From positions 372,001 to 436,000 of the forward strand of contig LSRY02000058.1 in the NCBI GenBank assembly GCA_001643675.2: a DNA stretch of 64,000 nucleotides. The letters are read 5' to 3'. This stretch comes from Monocercomonoides exilis PA203 (Eukaryota > Protista > Preaxostyla). Both the position numbers and the translations under genes were made by a program. The notes under the pieces were generated by a model. It was not told the DNA's origin and did no database searches. It saw only the letters and a list, made by a program, of their open reading frames with translations. Below, piece by piece: positions 1 through 13,400 of this stretch; within the stretch, counting starts at the first letter, position 1; every line of letters starts with the position of its first letter.

Positions 1-3000
1 AGGTTTGTCTTTCCAGGAAGTGTTGTAGCTGACGAGGCATTTTCCTTTTCGGCAAGGCGGAATCCTTCCATTTCTAATGTCTCGAGTGTTGTCTCTCCAG
101 AAATCATTGAAAATCTTCTGTTGAGCCTCACCAAATGAGGATCAGTGCTATCTTGTGCAGTCTTTGAGTCTTGTTCCTGTTCAGATGCTCTTCTTTTCTC
201 CGACGCTGCATCGTCCATTAATGAAGTCTCTCCTGCTTCAGAGCTCATAGTCAGCATATCCAAATCCCTCAAATTGCCCAGCGAATCTGTCGACACAACA
301 GAAGCCGACCTTTCAAAGTGGTCGAGGCGCTCCTGAAACTGCATCGGCAGCAAGTTGTCTGTGGACTCCTGCAAGAACTTGCCTGAGCTGTCTGTCTGCT
401 TCACCGCTCTCCATCTGCTCAGCGGACGTGTGGCAGACCACATCGGCATCTTCTCCACTGCGTTGAAGATGGACGTGATGAGCGTGTTGATGGAGCTCAG
501 AATGTTTGCTGCATTTGGCACGAACTTGAAGCGAGGCAGTGTGAACTCGGCATTCAGCACTAAAGCCACCCGCTGCTTTCGCGAAAAGAGACAAGGATAG
601 CAGCAGCTGCTGGACTCTCCTTCAGTGTGCAGGACTTGCCCTTCGTCTTCGGAAAGACGATGTGGACTGCCAGTGAAGCTGCTGCTATTTGGCATTTGTG
701 CATAAGATGACGTAGACTGATTGCGCAGTGGTGATTCACTGTGCCTCACAGACAGCATCGAATACAGTAGAGAAAGAGATTTCAGCACAGAATGGTGTAC
801 TGCTTCCACAAACAGGCGGTTGTATGATTGCAACATCGATTGGAACCCCTTCCGCATGTCCTCCAGCACCTTCAATGATCCAAAAAATGCTCGGAAGGTC
901 TGCTGTTTCTCTTTTCCCAGCTTTTCTGTTCTGTCTGTCGAATGAATTTGCTCATGAGCATTGCGCTTCTCTTTCTCCGCGCCTGGGAAAGTGAGCATCG
1001 ACTGAACAAAAGCCGGCTGCTCCTTCTGTTTTCCCTCTGACCGCTGCTCTTCTGTGCTAATCGCAAGAAACGGATCCAATGCAGCTAAAGTCGGGTCAAC
1101 TTCAGCTGCTTCTTCTTTCTCTTTTGGTGATGAGAATTTGATGTGAGGCGTGCTAAACTCGCTTAATGAAAGTGAGCTCTGCAGCTGTTCTGTGCGAATG
1201 GTCATATTCTGCCTGTCAGGCGAACTTTGTCCCGAATACAGCTTCAGCTGGTTTTTGATGATGTTCTCTTTGTAAGTGCTGAGGGCGAATGAATTGACCT
1301 GAGACACACATTCATCGAATATCCGCATCAGCAGCATTTGGATGGTCTGCGCATTTGAATTCATCTTCTGCGCTGTTGATGAAATCGAATCCATCTGAAC
1401 AGCCACAAATTGATTTACAGATTCTGTGAATTCAGAGGAATCGCACGTTATGAAGCGGCAGCGGGCAGTGGCCAGAATGAATGAGTCGCACATCACACAC
1501 CACTCAGACACTCTTTTGACCAAGTTCAAAATCTGCCGGGAGATCTGCAGCAGCGACAGCGCATACTTCCTCAGCAGGAAAGAGGACCAGTGCACTGTCT
1601 TCAGCCCCATCGCGAACACATCCTCCAGAATGCGAATGTGCGGGGCAAGCATACTCAGCGCACGAGGATGGACAAGAGACAGAATGCGAGAACGCTCCTG
1701 CAGTGCAGATGTGAGGATGGAGATGACTTTTTCCAGAGGACGATAGAAAAGCAGGTAAGAAAGAACAGGGTAATCTTGCTGAGCAGCTTCTGGCATAGAA
1801 GATGCCACAGTTGATGAGAAAAGAGGGGGAAAATGCGAAGTAATCTCAAAAGAACGCTTGTTCACTCCGCTGAGCTGCAAGTTATGCAGTTTGTGTTTGT
1901 CGACGAAGCCGATCCGTGCGAGGAGATACAAGTCAGAGAAAAAGGAGACGAAAGAAGGGGAGAGATTGAGGACGATGTCTGACAGATGGAGCACAGAAGC
2001 CGCAGGAAGGCAGGAAACTGAGAGAGAAAGAGTAGAAATCCAGTCGAGTTTCACAAGTGGAGGCTGCGAAGAAAAGCTTGTTTGCTGCTGTTTGTGTGTT
2101 GGAGAAGGGTGGAAGGCTTCAGCGGAATCAGCAGGAGTTGTCATGGAATGAGTGAATGGAGGGCTTTGGAGAGAGTCTGAAGCAGCTGGGGAAAAATTCA
2201 TTGAATGTGGAGAAAGTGGTGAAGAATACGAAGAAGCAGAAGAAGAAGCAGAAGAAGCAGAAGAAGCAGAAGGAGGCGAATTAAATGATCGATCATTCTG
2301 CATCCTTTGCGATTCCGAAGAGAATTCATTCGCTTCTTTGCATTTTTTAACCTCAGAGTCATTTTTCCTGCAGTCCACAATTGTAAACACAGGAACAGCG
2401 TTGAAGTTGTCATCAATCCACTTCGCAATCGCCCTCATCTCCTCAGCAAACGCACTCTCGTTCTGTTTAATCCTTGTGACAGCCATTTTCTGTGCTGCCA
2501 GCACGTTCAAGATGTGCGCCCTGGACTCAGCAGCTCTTTTGTCCTTGTTGTTCTGCATTGCCAGCATCTGCATCTGCCTTCGCAATCCGCTGTCCATCCC
2601 CAGCTGCTGCAGGATGTGCCTTCCAAGGAGCACTTTGGAGGCATAAGGAGGCACACGGCGGAGGTGGAACATGTTCACAACAGCAGAACGGGAGGTGTCG
2701 GGGGTGAAGTCGCGAAGGAGGAGAGAAGAGGTGGAGGAGTCGAGGACAGAGGAATGAGAGGAGGAAGAAGAAGAAGAAGAAGAAGAAGAAGATGTTGAGG
2801 GAGTGTTGAAAGACAGAAAAGATTGAATTTCGCTGGCACCGATGGAGATTGGCTTGCCATCGGGAAAGGAAGCTGGAGATGAAACAGAAGAAGAAGAAAT
2901 AGGAGAAGTTTGAGAAGAAGAAGAAGAAGAAGGCAAAGCTTGTTCTCTTTGAATGCCAGACAAGGAAAGATTTCTTTTGTGAGATGAAGAAGAGCGGGTG

Positions 3001-6000
3001 ATGTGATGAAATGGAGTGTTGTGCGATGTCTGAAGCGAAGAATGGCGTGAATGTGTTGTGCTGTTTGGACGAGATAGTTGTCGATGAAGTGAGCGAGGTG
3101 AATGAAAAGAAGAAGAAGGAGGAGGAGAGGAAGAAGAAGAAGAAGAATGAGAAGAATGAGAAGAAGGCGAATGAAGTGCAGATGAAGAGTTCATTGAATT
3201 AGTTGTTTGAGCAATTTGCGAATGAAAGTTGGATTTTGGTGATGAAGTGGTGAATGCTCTGTCGACGCTGCCAGAACGGGAGGAGAAGGGAGTTATTGGA
3301 GAAGAAGAAGAGGAAGAAGTAGAAGAAGAAGGAGAAGGAGAAGGAGAATGTGAATGTGGTGGTGATATGGATGAAGAAGGAGAGGAAGGAGAAAGAACAG
3401 GAGAAGGTGAATTGGAAGAAGAAGAAGAAGAAGAAGAAGAAGAAGAAGAAGGAAACATTTGTGTCTTCATCAGCTGATGTGGAGCCTGTGCTGTTTTGAT
3501 CGTAGCAGCGTCGAAGGAGATTGAGTGTGAATAACCCAAAAGCAGATGCTCCGCCACGAAGACTCTTTCCAGCCAGCCATACATCATCCTCTTTGTGCTG
3601 CTGAAGATGAACTGCACCACCGCCGACTTGTCTGCCAGCGTGGTGTACAAGTCAACTGCCACCTGCGCTTTGAACGAGAGCGAAAAACGGCTGCTGCCAA
3701 AGATGAGCTTCAGTGTGTGGATGGTTGTTCGGTCTAACACCTCAATTTTCGCCTTGACCCGCTGGATTTCGCGGGAAAGCTCCTTTTCAGAGAGGAAAAG
3801 GAGCCTTTTGTGGAGGTTGACGAGTTTAGTGAAGGCAGAAATGAATCGGACGAGGATGTGGCGGAAGAGAGGGGCAGATGCCACGCGCATTTTTGAGAAC
3901 TGAGAGAGAACTTGGAGATGAGGAAGAAGCTTGTTCAGCCGGCTGACGACGGCTGAAGGTGTTGAGATGTACAGAAGATACATAGAGGCAAAGGCAGCAT
4001 CAGGGACAGAAGAGGAAGAAGAGGAAGAGGAAGAAGAAGAAGATGATGATGATGATGATGAATAACCAGAAGGAGAGGAATAATTTCCTTGTGAAATTGC
4101 AGAGGAAGGGGTGAAAGGGAATCTATCGTGAGGTGTTGGTGAAGAAGAAGTGATGGATGAAAATGACAGCAAAGATGAGACAGAAACAGAAGAAGGAACA
4201 CGAGCAAGTGTTGAAGAAGTCGAAACAGAAGAAGAAGAGGAAGATGCTGAAGAAGAAGAAGGTGTTGAAATCCAATCACCTCCTCTCATTTCGTTCTGTG
4301 TATACTCTGAAATCTGCCTTTGTGCTGTTCTGTTTGGCGTCTGGCTGCTGATCTCTTCAGACGCCTCTGATGAGAAAGAACCGAGCGAAACTGTGTCAAA
4401 ACTTTCAGTCGAAGGCGAAGGAACAAGCGAACCGCCTCCAGCTGAATAAGAAGAATGCTCATTGTCACGTGCATAGGACGCAGCAGAGAGCAAAGAATCA
4501 GTCGAACGAGAGGAAAACTGGGCAAGCGCTGCAGCCGAGGCAGAGTGGGCGAGCAATTCGAAGTTGATGCTCTTGTCGTTGCTGTGGGAGAGGAGCAGTT
4601 TTGCCTCACCGGCAGACAGGAAAGGCAGGTTGCTGAGCGGGCGAAACAGCTGGGCGCCGACATCGCTGTGCGAAATCTGCTTCAGAAGAAGCGCAAACAC
4701 AGACGCGATGTGGCTGGAGCGCTCGATCTGCGCAATGAGCTTGTCGGCAGAGAAAGGGAAGAAGTCTCCAAGCACACGGGATTGTTTCGTGTGTTGCTTG
4801 GAAGATGGAGAAGAAGAAGAAGAAGAAGAAAATGAAGAAGAAGAGGAGGAGGAGGAGGAGGAGGAGGAGGAGGAGGAGGATGACGTGGGAGTAGACAACG
4901 AACGAGAATCACTTTGAAAAGTGTTGTGGTGTTTGTTCCACAGGAAAGGGTTCAGCGACGGGTGGATGATTGGAGAAAGGACATCGACAGAGCGGCCCAT
5001 CTGTGCTCCGTCTTCGGCATTGAGCACGTCGGTGCCGCTGAACATCTCCCTTTCAAAGAGCTGCGGATCGAAGCGGGGCAGCAGCTGCAGGCTGTGGCGT
5101 GTGAGAGAGGAGGTGTAGACGCCTGAGGCGACGTAGATGGACACGTACAGCAGCGCCCGCTTGGCGCCGTCGACAGCCACGGAGGACTCGGGCGGGTCGA
5201 ACAGGCCTTTCAGACGGCCTGTGAAGAAGTATGCAAGACGTGTGCTGTTGAGGGCAGGCACGCTCCAATCGGCAAAGACGCCGTTGACGAGCTCGCTGAA
5301 GAACTCGCACAGCCGGCGCGCATCTTCCAGTCCGCGGTCTGCTTTTGCCTTGTTGAACAGCGGGACAGACGGCAATTCGCTTGGTTTTCTGTTTGCACTA
5401 TCTTGAGTGCTTGAGAGGTTGGACAGTTTAACAGAACATTTGTCATTTGGGAAAAGTGTTGAAAGAAACTGTGCAATTGGTTTCTCAAAAGAAAGAGCAT
5501 ATGTTATCAATACGTGCAGCTGATGAACGCGCATAATCCAAAATGAATAATCTTGAAAAATGTTGAGATCATCAAGTGGATTTCGAAAAGAAGAACATTT
5601 GGCAATAAGTGGAGAAATTTTTTTCAATATTTCGGAGTTTTGAAAGAGAAGCACATCTGAAAAAATATGACCTCGTTGCCTCAAATCATTTATTTGAGTT
5701 CGCTTTTGCTCAGATTGATTTGAAGCAAGAATATTCTCAAGTAGAATATTCCATGAAATCACAGTCGTTGAATAAGTCGAAAGTATCTCTCTTTCACCTA
5801 TTTTATGAGAATATTGCGTTAATAAATCGCCTGTTTGATACTCGTGCGGTAATTGTATAATGGGAATTGACATGTTACTCATACTTCTATAAAGATATAG
5901 CGAAAATGAGAAAAACTTAAATTTTGAAAATATCCGCGAGGAAGCGGAATATAAAGCAGGCTTCATGACAGAGTTGTATATGGGCAAAGTAAACGATTCT

Positions 6001-6318
6001 GGAAAACATTGAAGCATGTTGGTTTGGAAACTTGAACCTGTCAAAACATAAACAGATATAAATGAAGGAGGCTTAGAATGCCTTTGCCCATTTATCAGCA
6101 TCATAAAAGCGTCATCACTTTTAATTGCATTATCAATGCTTGTTATACTGCGTGAAGCTCTCAATTGATGCGGAAATATCACTAAACATGGAATATTTCC
6201 TTGTGAAAATGTTTTCAATTGGACCCTAATTTCATGAGGTAAATCTGTTGAAGAAATATGAAAAACATTTGAAACTAAAGAACTGAAATATGTTTCCATT
6301 CGAACAGATCGGCCTCCT
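1..6318 (-). CDS. Large hypothetical protein (>2100 aa, 3' end beyond the window; small 5' exon(s) above 6318 unresolved), helical segments interrupted by poly-Ser tracts
   Basis: Manual translation from a putative acceptor (ctaatttaaag|GAGGC, ~6318) gives GRSVRMETYFSSLV...ELPSVPLFNKAKADRGLEDARRLCEFF..., and the same frame at the window edge reads MEGFRLAEKENASS. No stop-terminated ORF in this frame appears in the track, which is consistent with it being open to the edge. Confidence 0.8.
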
Positions 6319-7074
6319 TTAAATTAGTCCACACTTTTTTATGAAAAATATATAATAATGGGAATATTCATATTTTTGTGTTATTTCTTCCTTTTCATTA
6401 ATTGAAAATAATGGATTTGTTATCAAAAAATAAATATATCTTTTTGACTAAAATTTTCTTTATCATGATCAATAATTCATATGCTCCCATTTCGTGAAGT
6501 CTGCAAATGTTGTAATCAAAACAACAAATTCTTATCTATTTGTGATGATATAAAATTGTGATTAATACAAAAATTAAATTAGCAAAAGACAAAACAAAAA
6601 ATTTTTTTATTTAAAATTAGACCTATATTCGAATGGGTTTTTCTTTTGCGAATTGTTTATACTTATGTGAATGTTTTTTTCTTATCGCGAATGACTCAAT
6701 CTTTTTAGAAATAAACTTTTCTTTTTTCTGCCGTTAAATGCATTTTTATGATCAAAGCTTTGCTTATCGCTATTTTTTAATTAAAGAATTAATGATTACA
6801 AACAAAATAAAACTATTAAAAAAAAGAAAAAGAAGGTTTGTTTGTTCAGTACAAAATGTTTCTTTTAGAATTTTTTTGTTTCTGTTTGTTCGATTCGATT
6901 CTTGAAACTTTTAAAAATTGTTCAAAAGCAAGGTGAGGATGGAATATAAAAATATTTCGTTCACATGAATCTAATCTTTTTCCTTTTTTTTTTTTCATTA
7001 ACCTTTCATATCAAATTCCACTAAATAACTATTTTTGTCTTTTTTTTTCATAATTTAAAAAATCCTTTATATAT

Positions 7075-7330
7075 GGGTGATTATTTTTGAAAACATATTT
7101 TTTCTTATAAAAATTTCGGTTCGAATATTTCCCTTGAATATCAACAAAAGAATGCAGAAAATGGAAAAGGCACACAAAAGATAATTATGTCTTGATTTAT
7201 GCAAAAACGTTTGATTTTGACACAATTATTATTTAAAAAAAAATGGAAATGATAATTTTCAATCCATTTTCAAAAGAAAAATAAGAATTCAACACCCCGA
7301 AAAAAGTTATGATTTCAAAAATAATCACTC
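7075..7330. mobile_element. MITE-like element with ~25-30 bp terminal inverted repeats flanked by ATAT
   Basis: 7071-7097 ATATGGGTGATTATTTTTGAAAACATA versus the reverse complement of 7308-7334 ATATGAGTGATTATTTTTGAAATCATA (25/27 identical); non-coding interior. Confidence 0.6.
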
Positions 7331-8279
7331 ATATTGTCAAAGTTTTGTTAATTAGAAATGTTTTTCATCTCAATCACACAAAATAGAAAAATAAATAATA
7401 AAAAGAATGTTTTAAGATTTTTAGCAACAGCTTTTGTTTTATTTGTGAGTAACGTGCAAAACAAATAATATATAATTAACAACTTGGAAATAATAGTATC
7501 AGAAACAAAAAGAATAAATAATAATAATAAAACTTTCTTTAAATCTAAATCTGCGATTCAAAAATATCAAAATAATTTGCTTCATTCTGATTTCATATTT
7601 TAAAAAGATATTTCTTAATTTCGAGATAATAAAGTTTTGCTACAAGCAGTAATTGAACCTGAAGAAGCTGGAAAAATCAAAGATAATTGTCGGAAACAAT
7701 TATGAGGAGGAAATACGTAAAAAGAAGAAGGAAGAGTGTAGTTTGAAAAATGAGACATGTTTTGTTGAGGCAGAGAAGGAAGTTGCGAGGGTATTGATGA
7801 AGACACCAAATTTGAATGCAATTGTGAAGTTGAAGACAATTGAGTTGAAAAATGTTGTGTCAATGAAGATTGAGATGAGCAAAATGTGATTGGAAAATCA
7901 GTTGACGATGTAACTCAATGAAGACACGCAGATTTTCATTGGGAGGGAAGATGCCATGAAGATGTGTAGTCTATGGTTTCATGATCGAGGACTTCATTTT
8001 CAATTTCTCTTTGATCTTCATTTTCTTCTCAATTTTTTTATTCTCGTTCACAAACCTTCATTTTTTTTTCTTTTCATGATCTTTTTCACTTGTCGTTGCA
8101 CTTGAGCATGGGTTGCAGCTTTCCATTAAGACTTCAAAAATTAATTAATAATGGTATATTGTTGATGAAAATGTTGTTTTTTCAAAGAATAAAACATCAA
8201 TATGGGTCAAAAAATAAAAACAAGCCCAAATCGTTATTTAGAAATAATGAAGGACATGATGTTGTCGGTGATGATGGAT

Positions 8280-9331
8280 TCAATCTATTTCTTTGTTTCT
8301 CCAAATACTTCTGATTTGCTTCTTTCTTTGCTCTCTGCTTTCTTGCATATTCCATTTGTAATTCAGCAAAAAAAATATATTATTGGCTTCTAAATCAAAA
8401 GCTGTTAAAGGATCCTGTAAAATATGAAAATTTGTTAAACAAACAGCAACAATAATAAAAATCTCCTTGCAACTTTGATGCTCGATGACCAATACTGTCG
8501 AAATACAGCAAGGACCGTCTTTATCCTTTCGAAAAAATTCTCAATGATCACCCTGTGCTTCGACAACTCAGGGGTACCACACGGCTTTGTAATGTGTGCA
8601 CGTAGCCATGTTTTTGGTCTTATGAAAGCTGAGTCTGCCAGCAGTTTTGCTTTTCCTAATTTGTTTTCAAATTTTGGATAATGATGTTGAAACACAACAT
8701 AATCATGTGTGCTTCCAGGAAAAATTTCGCTGATAGTGCTGGTAATTCCAAGTTTGGGATTTACTCCCACTTCCACTTTAACACAATATGAATGGTGCTT
8801 TCCACTGAAAAACTTCATTCCGTCTTCCATTTTTCCAACTGGTCAGTTTATTGGTCGAATAGTGCAATCGACAATTAATCCCACATCCTGAATTTCTCTT
8901 GCACGATCTTTTCTATAATATAATTGTAAGTCCAAAAGTGGTTGTTTAACCGAGCAACAAATGTCATGTAATAAATTGATCAAAGCATAATGAGAATTGA
9001 AATATGGCTTTGTAATATAACTTGTCATTTTAGTCGATCCGAGATGAAGAAAATTCAATAAAATAAAAAGTTGGTCTTCGAAATTGTTGATATATTTTTT
9101 TCTTCCTCGATGCGGAGTAATATCTTGATCGAGAAGTTGAAGAAGAATATTAAATTCATTTTTTAAAAATCCAGTGAGACGATAAAATCCATTTCAAGGA
9201 TACTTAATAAATTCTAACGATATTTCTATCAATGATTTTTTCTCTGATGTGGAAACAGTTTCAACATGCGTGGGAAGTGTAATTCTTTTTTCGACATTAC
9301 AAAGAATGTTTTGCTATGTTGATTGTTCCAT
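8280..9331 (-). pseudogene. Decayed DDE transposase of the PIF/Harbinger-IS5 superfamily (HTH_Tnp_4 + DDE_Tnp_4 type, ISL2EU-like)
   Basis: Reconstructed FYRLTGF..F..LL (HTH), EDQLFILLNFL, GLIVDCTIRPI, FSGKHHSYCVK, PGSTHD, LLADSAF, HRVIIENFFERIK, and AVCLTNFH (after a frameshift near 8490). In-frame stops at ~9315, ~9195 and 8843-8845. Confidence 0.85.
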
Positions 9332-10386
9332 GATAAAAAATATTTCAAAAAGAATGATCTGATCAGTTCCATTAATTGCATTGAAATTTTTGTGAATGAT
9401 TACCAACATTTTTTATATCGTGAATAATTCAATCTTTTTCAATTTTTCGATATTTTTTTGAAAATATATTTTTCTTTTTATATTTTTCGTTAACTTTTTT
9501 GAAATGAGATAATAATTCAAAATAAGGTTTATTTGAAAAAAAATTAACAATAATTATTTTGATTCAATCAAACTGTTGCCAGTTTCAATGATATGTTTTT
9601 GCCATCATTGCAAAGTTTAAAAAAAGATTTTTTTTTTTTAGAGTCTCAGATGTTAATCTTTTCAAATTATTATAAAATAATTATTAAGTCCGATTTCTAT
9701 TCAAACTTCCTCAATTTCATTTAATTGGTAAAAACAGAGAAATGAAAACACTCCAAAACGTTTTTTTAACTTTGGAAAAAATCGATTGAATAGGATATGA
9801 AAATGATCAAAACTTGTGTATTTGTTTTTTTGAAAAACAGACTTTTTTTCGAACTCTCATAAAAATTGAAAAAATAGTAAAAACCGCTTAAATCTTCAAA
9901 TTATTCTCCGTAACAATAAATTAATAAACAAAACAGATTTCTAAAAAAAAAAAGGATTGCATTTTTTACGTTAAAAATAATGTTCAAAGGAGAAATATCA
10001 TTTAAGTTTTGTTCTGATTTATAAAGAATATTCTGGTTTTTAAATTACCAGAATAAAAAAGATAAAATGAATGAATACAAAAATTGAACACTGAACATAA
10101 TAAAACAATAATTTGTCAAAAATAAAGAATTGGCATTAATGTTGAGTGAAATAAAAACAATGGAAATATGTATGAACACATAATTTTGTAACAATATATC
10201 ACAGAAAATCATGACTTTCGAATTATAACATAAAAGTGAAATGCCAAAGTTTGGTAGGTGATTTTGAAATGAAAGTTAAGCAAAAAACATCAGAATTACA
10301 GTATTATAAAAGAGTTTGAAAAGAGCAAAGTTGTTGGCTAAGTTACAAAAATTTTCTCAAATATGGTAACAGAAATTGAAACTTAA

Positions 10387-10388
<2 letters not shown>

Positions 10389-10422
<34 letters not shown>
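10389..10422 (+). repeat. Poly(A) homopolymer (34 nt)
   Basis: Directly visible, 12 nt beyond the stop codon of the 10435-18480 gene. Confidence 0.95.
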
Positions 10423-10424
<2 letters not shown>

Positions 10425-10434
10425 AAATTGTTAT

Positions 10435-13400
10435 TTAACTCGTCGCATAGAAGTTTGCATCACTTATAAAACTACTCCTGCAATTTTTCTCTTCGCATCC
10501 TCCACCTTCTTCATCTTCATCAATGTCAAAGTCCACTGCATCAGAAACTGTCACAATATTTGTTCCTGATGGAAAATGCTCGTAAAACTTTCGTTTCAAA
10601 GTGATCAATGTCGGTCTATCAAACGGTTCTATTGACAATGTGCTTTTCGCTGTTTCATAAAAAGATGAATCTCGGATTTTCTCAAGCCCTGCACTTTCAC
10701 CATTCACAATCTTCTGTCCAGCCAGCTCCGCTTCAAAATCACCAAACGGAATCTGCAGTGTCAAACACTCCCACAGCATCATCCCTATCGAAAACACAAC
10801 TGATTTCTTTGTTGCTCCCATCTTCTTGTTGATTAACAATTCTGGTGCCTTCCACCTCAGGCATTCTTTTTTGAAAAGGCTCTCATCCTCAAATGCAGAT
10901 GAAGGAAGGGAGTCACTTTCATCATCATCACTTGCAGAAGTCACAACAGTCGACGAAGAGATGGATGAGGAATCATCGTCAGAAGAAAAGTCGGAATGCA
11001 TCACAATGCAGATCACCATGTGTTCTGAGAAAAGAACAATGTGAGGGCTCAGATTGGAAAGAGATTGAAGAGGGTTTTCCATTTCATCAAAGGAGTGCAG
11101 CGCAAGGTTGGACACCCAGAACAGGATCTGAGCAGCTGTCATCTCCCTCTCTTCGAGAGTGCCTATTGCCATCTCCTTTGTCTTATTCCTTCCATGAAGC
11201 AGCATGAACAGTGAATCCCTCAAGTCCACAATCAGCTTTTCATGAGGCGAGGAGCAGGCCATGGCATCCACCAGATTCGACATCGATGAGGTGGTTGGAC
11301 ACAAATCCTCCCCTCGAACAAATGTTGATTCAGTATCAGAAGTGTGTGTGGTTGAGGTGGATGAGATGGATGGTGATGGTGTTCTCTTTCTTGTCTCTTC
11401 CTCTTCTTTTTCGTCAACCTTCTCCAATGCCCAATCAGGGATCTTGTCTGAGTCTCTACCTAATATGTATTCAGTCGATCCACTCTCAGACAGAAGATGC
11501 TCTGATGACTCCGAATGTCCCAAGCTTTTCGCATATACCCTCTTCTTGATCTTCTCCTCATTCTTCTTCTCTGCCTCCCTCTCTGCTCTTTGCCACTGCT
11601 CCTCAGGTGACATTTCCATCGTAACCATCTCTAACACCTTAGGATCCTTTTTAATATTGTCTTCCACAATCTCTCTCAAATCTTTATTCTCATTTTTAGC
11701 TTTTCTCCATCTAATTGTGACAATAATTGAAATAATCAGAACAATCAAAAGAATAATTGCCATCACAATTACGACTATTGGCCATTTCGATCTTTCTTTC
11801 TTTCCTCCTTCAACAATTCTTTCATCCCCTTTTGGCTCGGACTCACTTGCATTCTTCAAAACGAATGGTTGAGTTGATGAAAGAGCATTTGAATTCCCAA
11901 ACATAATATGCACACTCACTTCTATTTCGTCTCCACAGCTACTGAGGAGGTCTTTTGTTGCACTTCCTTCAACTTCTCTTTCTGACAAGAATCCATTTGA
12001 TTCAAAATCATGCTTTTCAATCTCTTTCTCTTCTCCCTTCCTCTTCACAACTGAGAATGACAGATTGCATGGAATAAGAAGCAATCCTTTGAATGTCAGC
12101 TTCATTCTATCTGCCTCTTCTTTTGCTTCCACACTCTCCAGCACAGGAATGAAAAATGATGAATCTCTCTCAGAAACAATCCCTTCAAAAATGCATCCCT
12201 CATTCAACATCCAAAGAGACGTGTTTCTTTCCCATCCATCTCCTCCTTTCAAACTCATCACATTCAATGTTCCTGAATCAGAACAGATGATATTTTTTCT
12301 CAGTGATGGATATTTTTTTAATGATGGATTATTGTTCTCAAATTTTCCGTCATTAATAGTCATTGTCCCTCCATTCATTGTTATTCCACCTTCTGGTGAA
12401 TTCGAGATTGTTGTATCTTTCATCAAAATAGAACTCTTCACAACATCCACAAGAGATCCTTCCCATCTGCACATCTCTTCTTCTGCATTCAAATTCTTCT
12501 CTTTTCTTTCCTTTGAACTTCCATCAAATATGCAATTGTCTATTTTCACATCTGTGCAATCCTCCAACTTCATCAATTTCCATTTTGAGGTCTGTGAATT
12601 GATTCCACATATTGTGCAATTCGTTAATTGCACTGTCTTTTTCATTGCCAAGCAAGATATCAATAATTCTTCACTTCCTTCAACTGTGATATTTTCTGTA
12701 TTGAAATCCTTAATTGTTATTTGACCACATTCATAAATATCTATCAAAGTAGTTTCTATTGTTGAATTGCAAATCGTTAATGAATCAATTACTGAAGGAA
12801 GCGGTGATGAAAGATGAATAGCAGATTTATGAAGCTCAAGATTTGTCACTTTGCATTCCATGAGCTGTAATTCTCCCTTTGCAGCGTTAATGATGTGAAA
12901 TGGGACACTCGCAAAAGCTTCATTTCCTTCTTCATTTGATTGTTTTGAGTCATATGAGCAATTTATTATCTCAAGAATTCCTCCTTCTGGTGAAATCAGT
13001 GATTCATGTGAAGAGATGAAATACGAATCAAACACAAAAATCACTCTCAACAATGAGACTGTTCCTGCTGTTGTTATCAAAGCCCCTCTAGTTCTTTCAA
13101 TGTTTGATTTCACTTCAACTTCACACATTTCTCTGCTCTTCGAACTCAGACTCATCTCCTCCAGATTTATCTCTTCTCCAATCACACTCTCTTCAACAAC
13201 AAACATCAGACTTATGAAATCTGAAGTCAGATGCATCAATCCATAATCAATTGAATGACATGAAAGTGTGCTGGTTCCGCATTGCCTCTCATTCGACCCA
13301 TTCACACTGCTCACAATGATCGTATCACCCTGATAAATAGTCACAAAATCCATCAGATCAGTGTCGCTTGGATAATCGCATGAATCTCTTCCATATATCG

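Noticed and set aside
145-5500. Numerous short ORFs on both strands
   Set aside because: They are shadows of the long minus-strand exon and of trinucleotide repeats.
7615-8130. Possible second ORF of the transposon (Myb/SANT or YqaJ partner)
   Set aside because: Only Ser/Gln-rich fragments with stops are present, with no recognisable motif.
8843-8845. TGA readthrough or selenocysteine in the transposase
   Set aside because: The same ORF also has a TAG and a frameshift, the position corresponds to an expected Arg, and no SECIS is evident.
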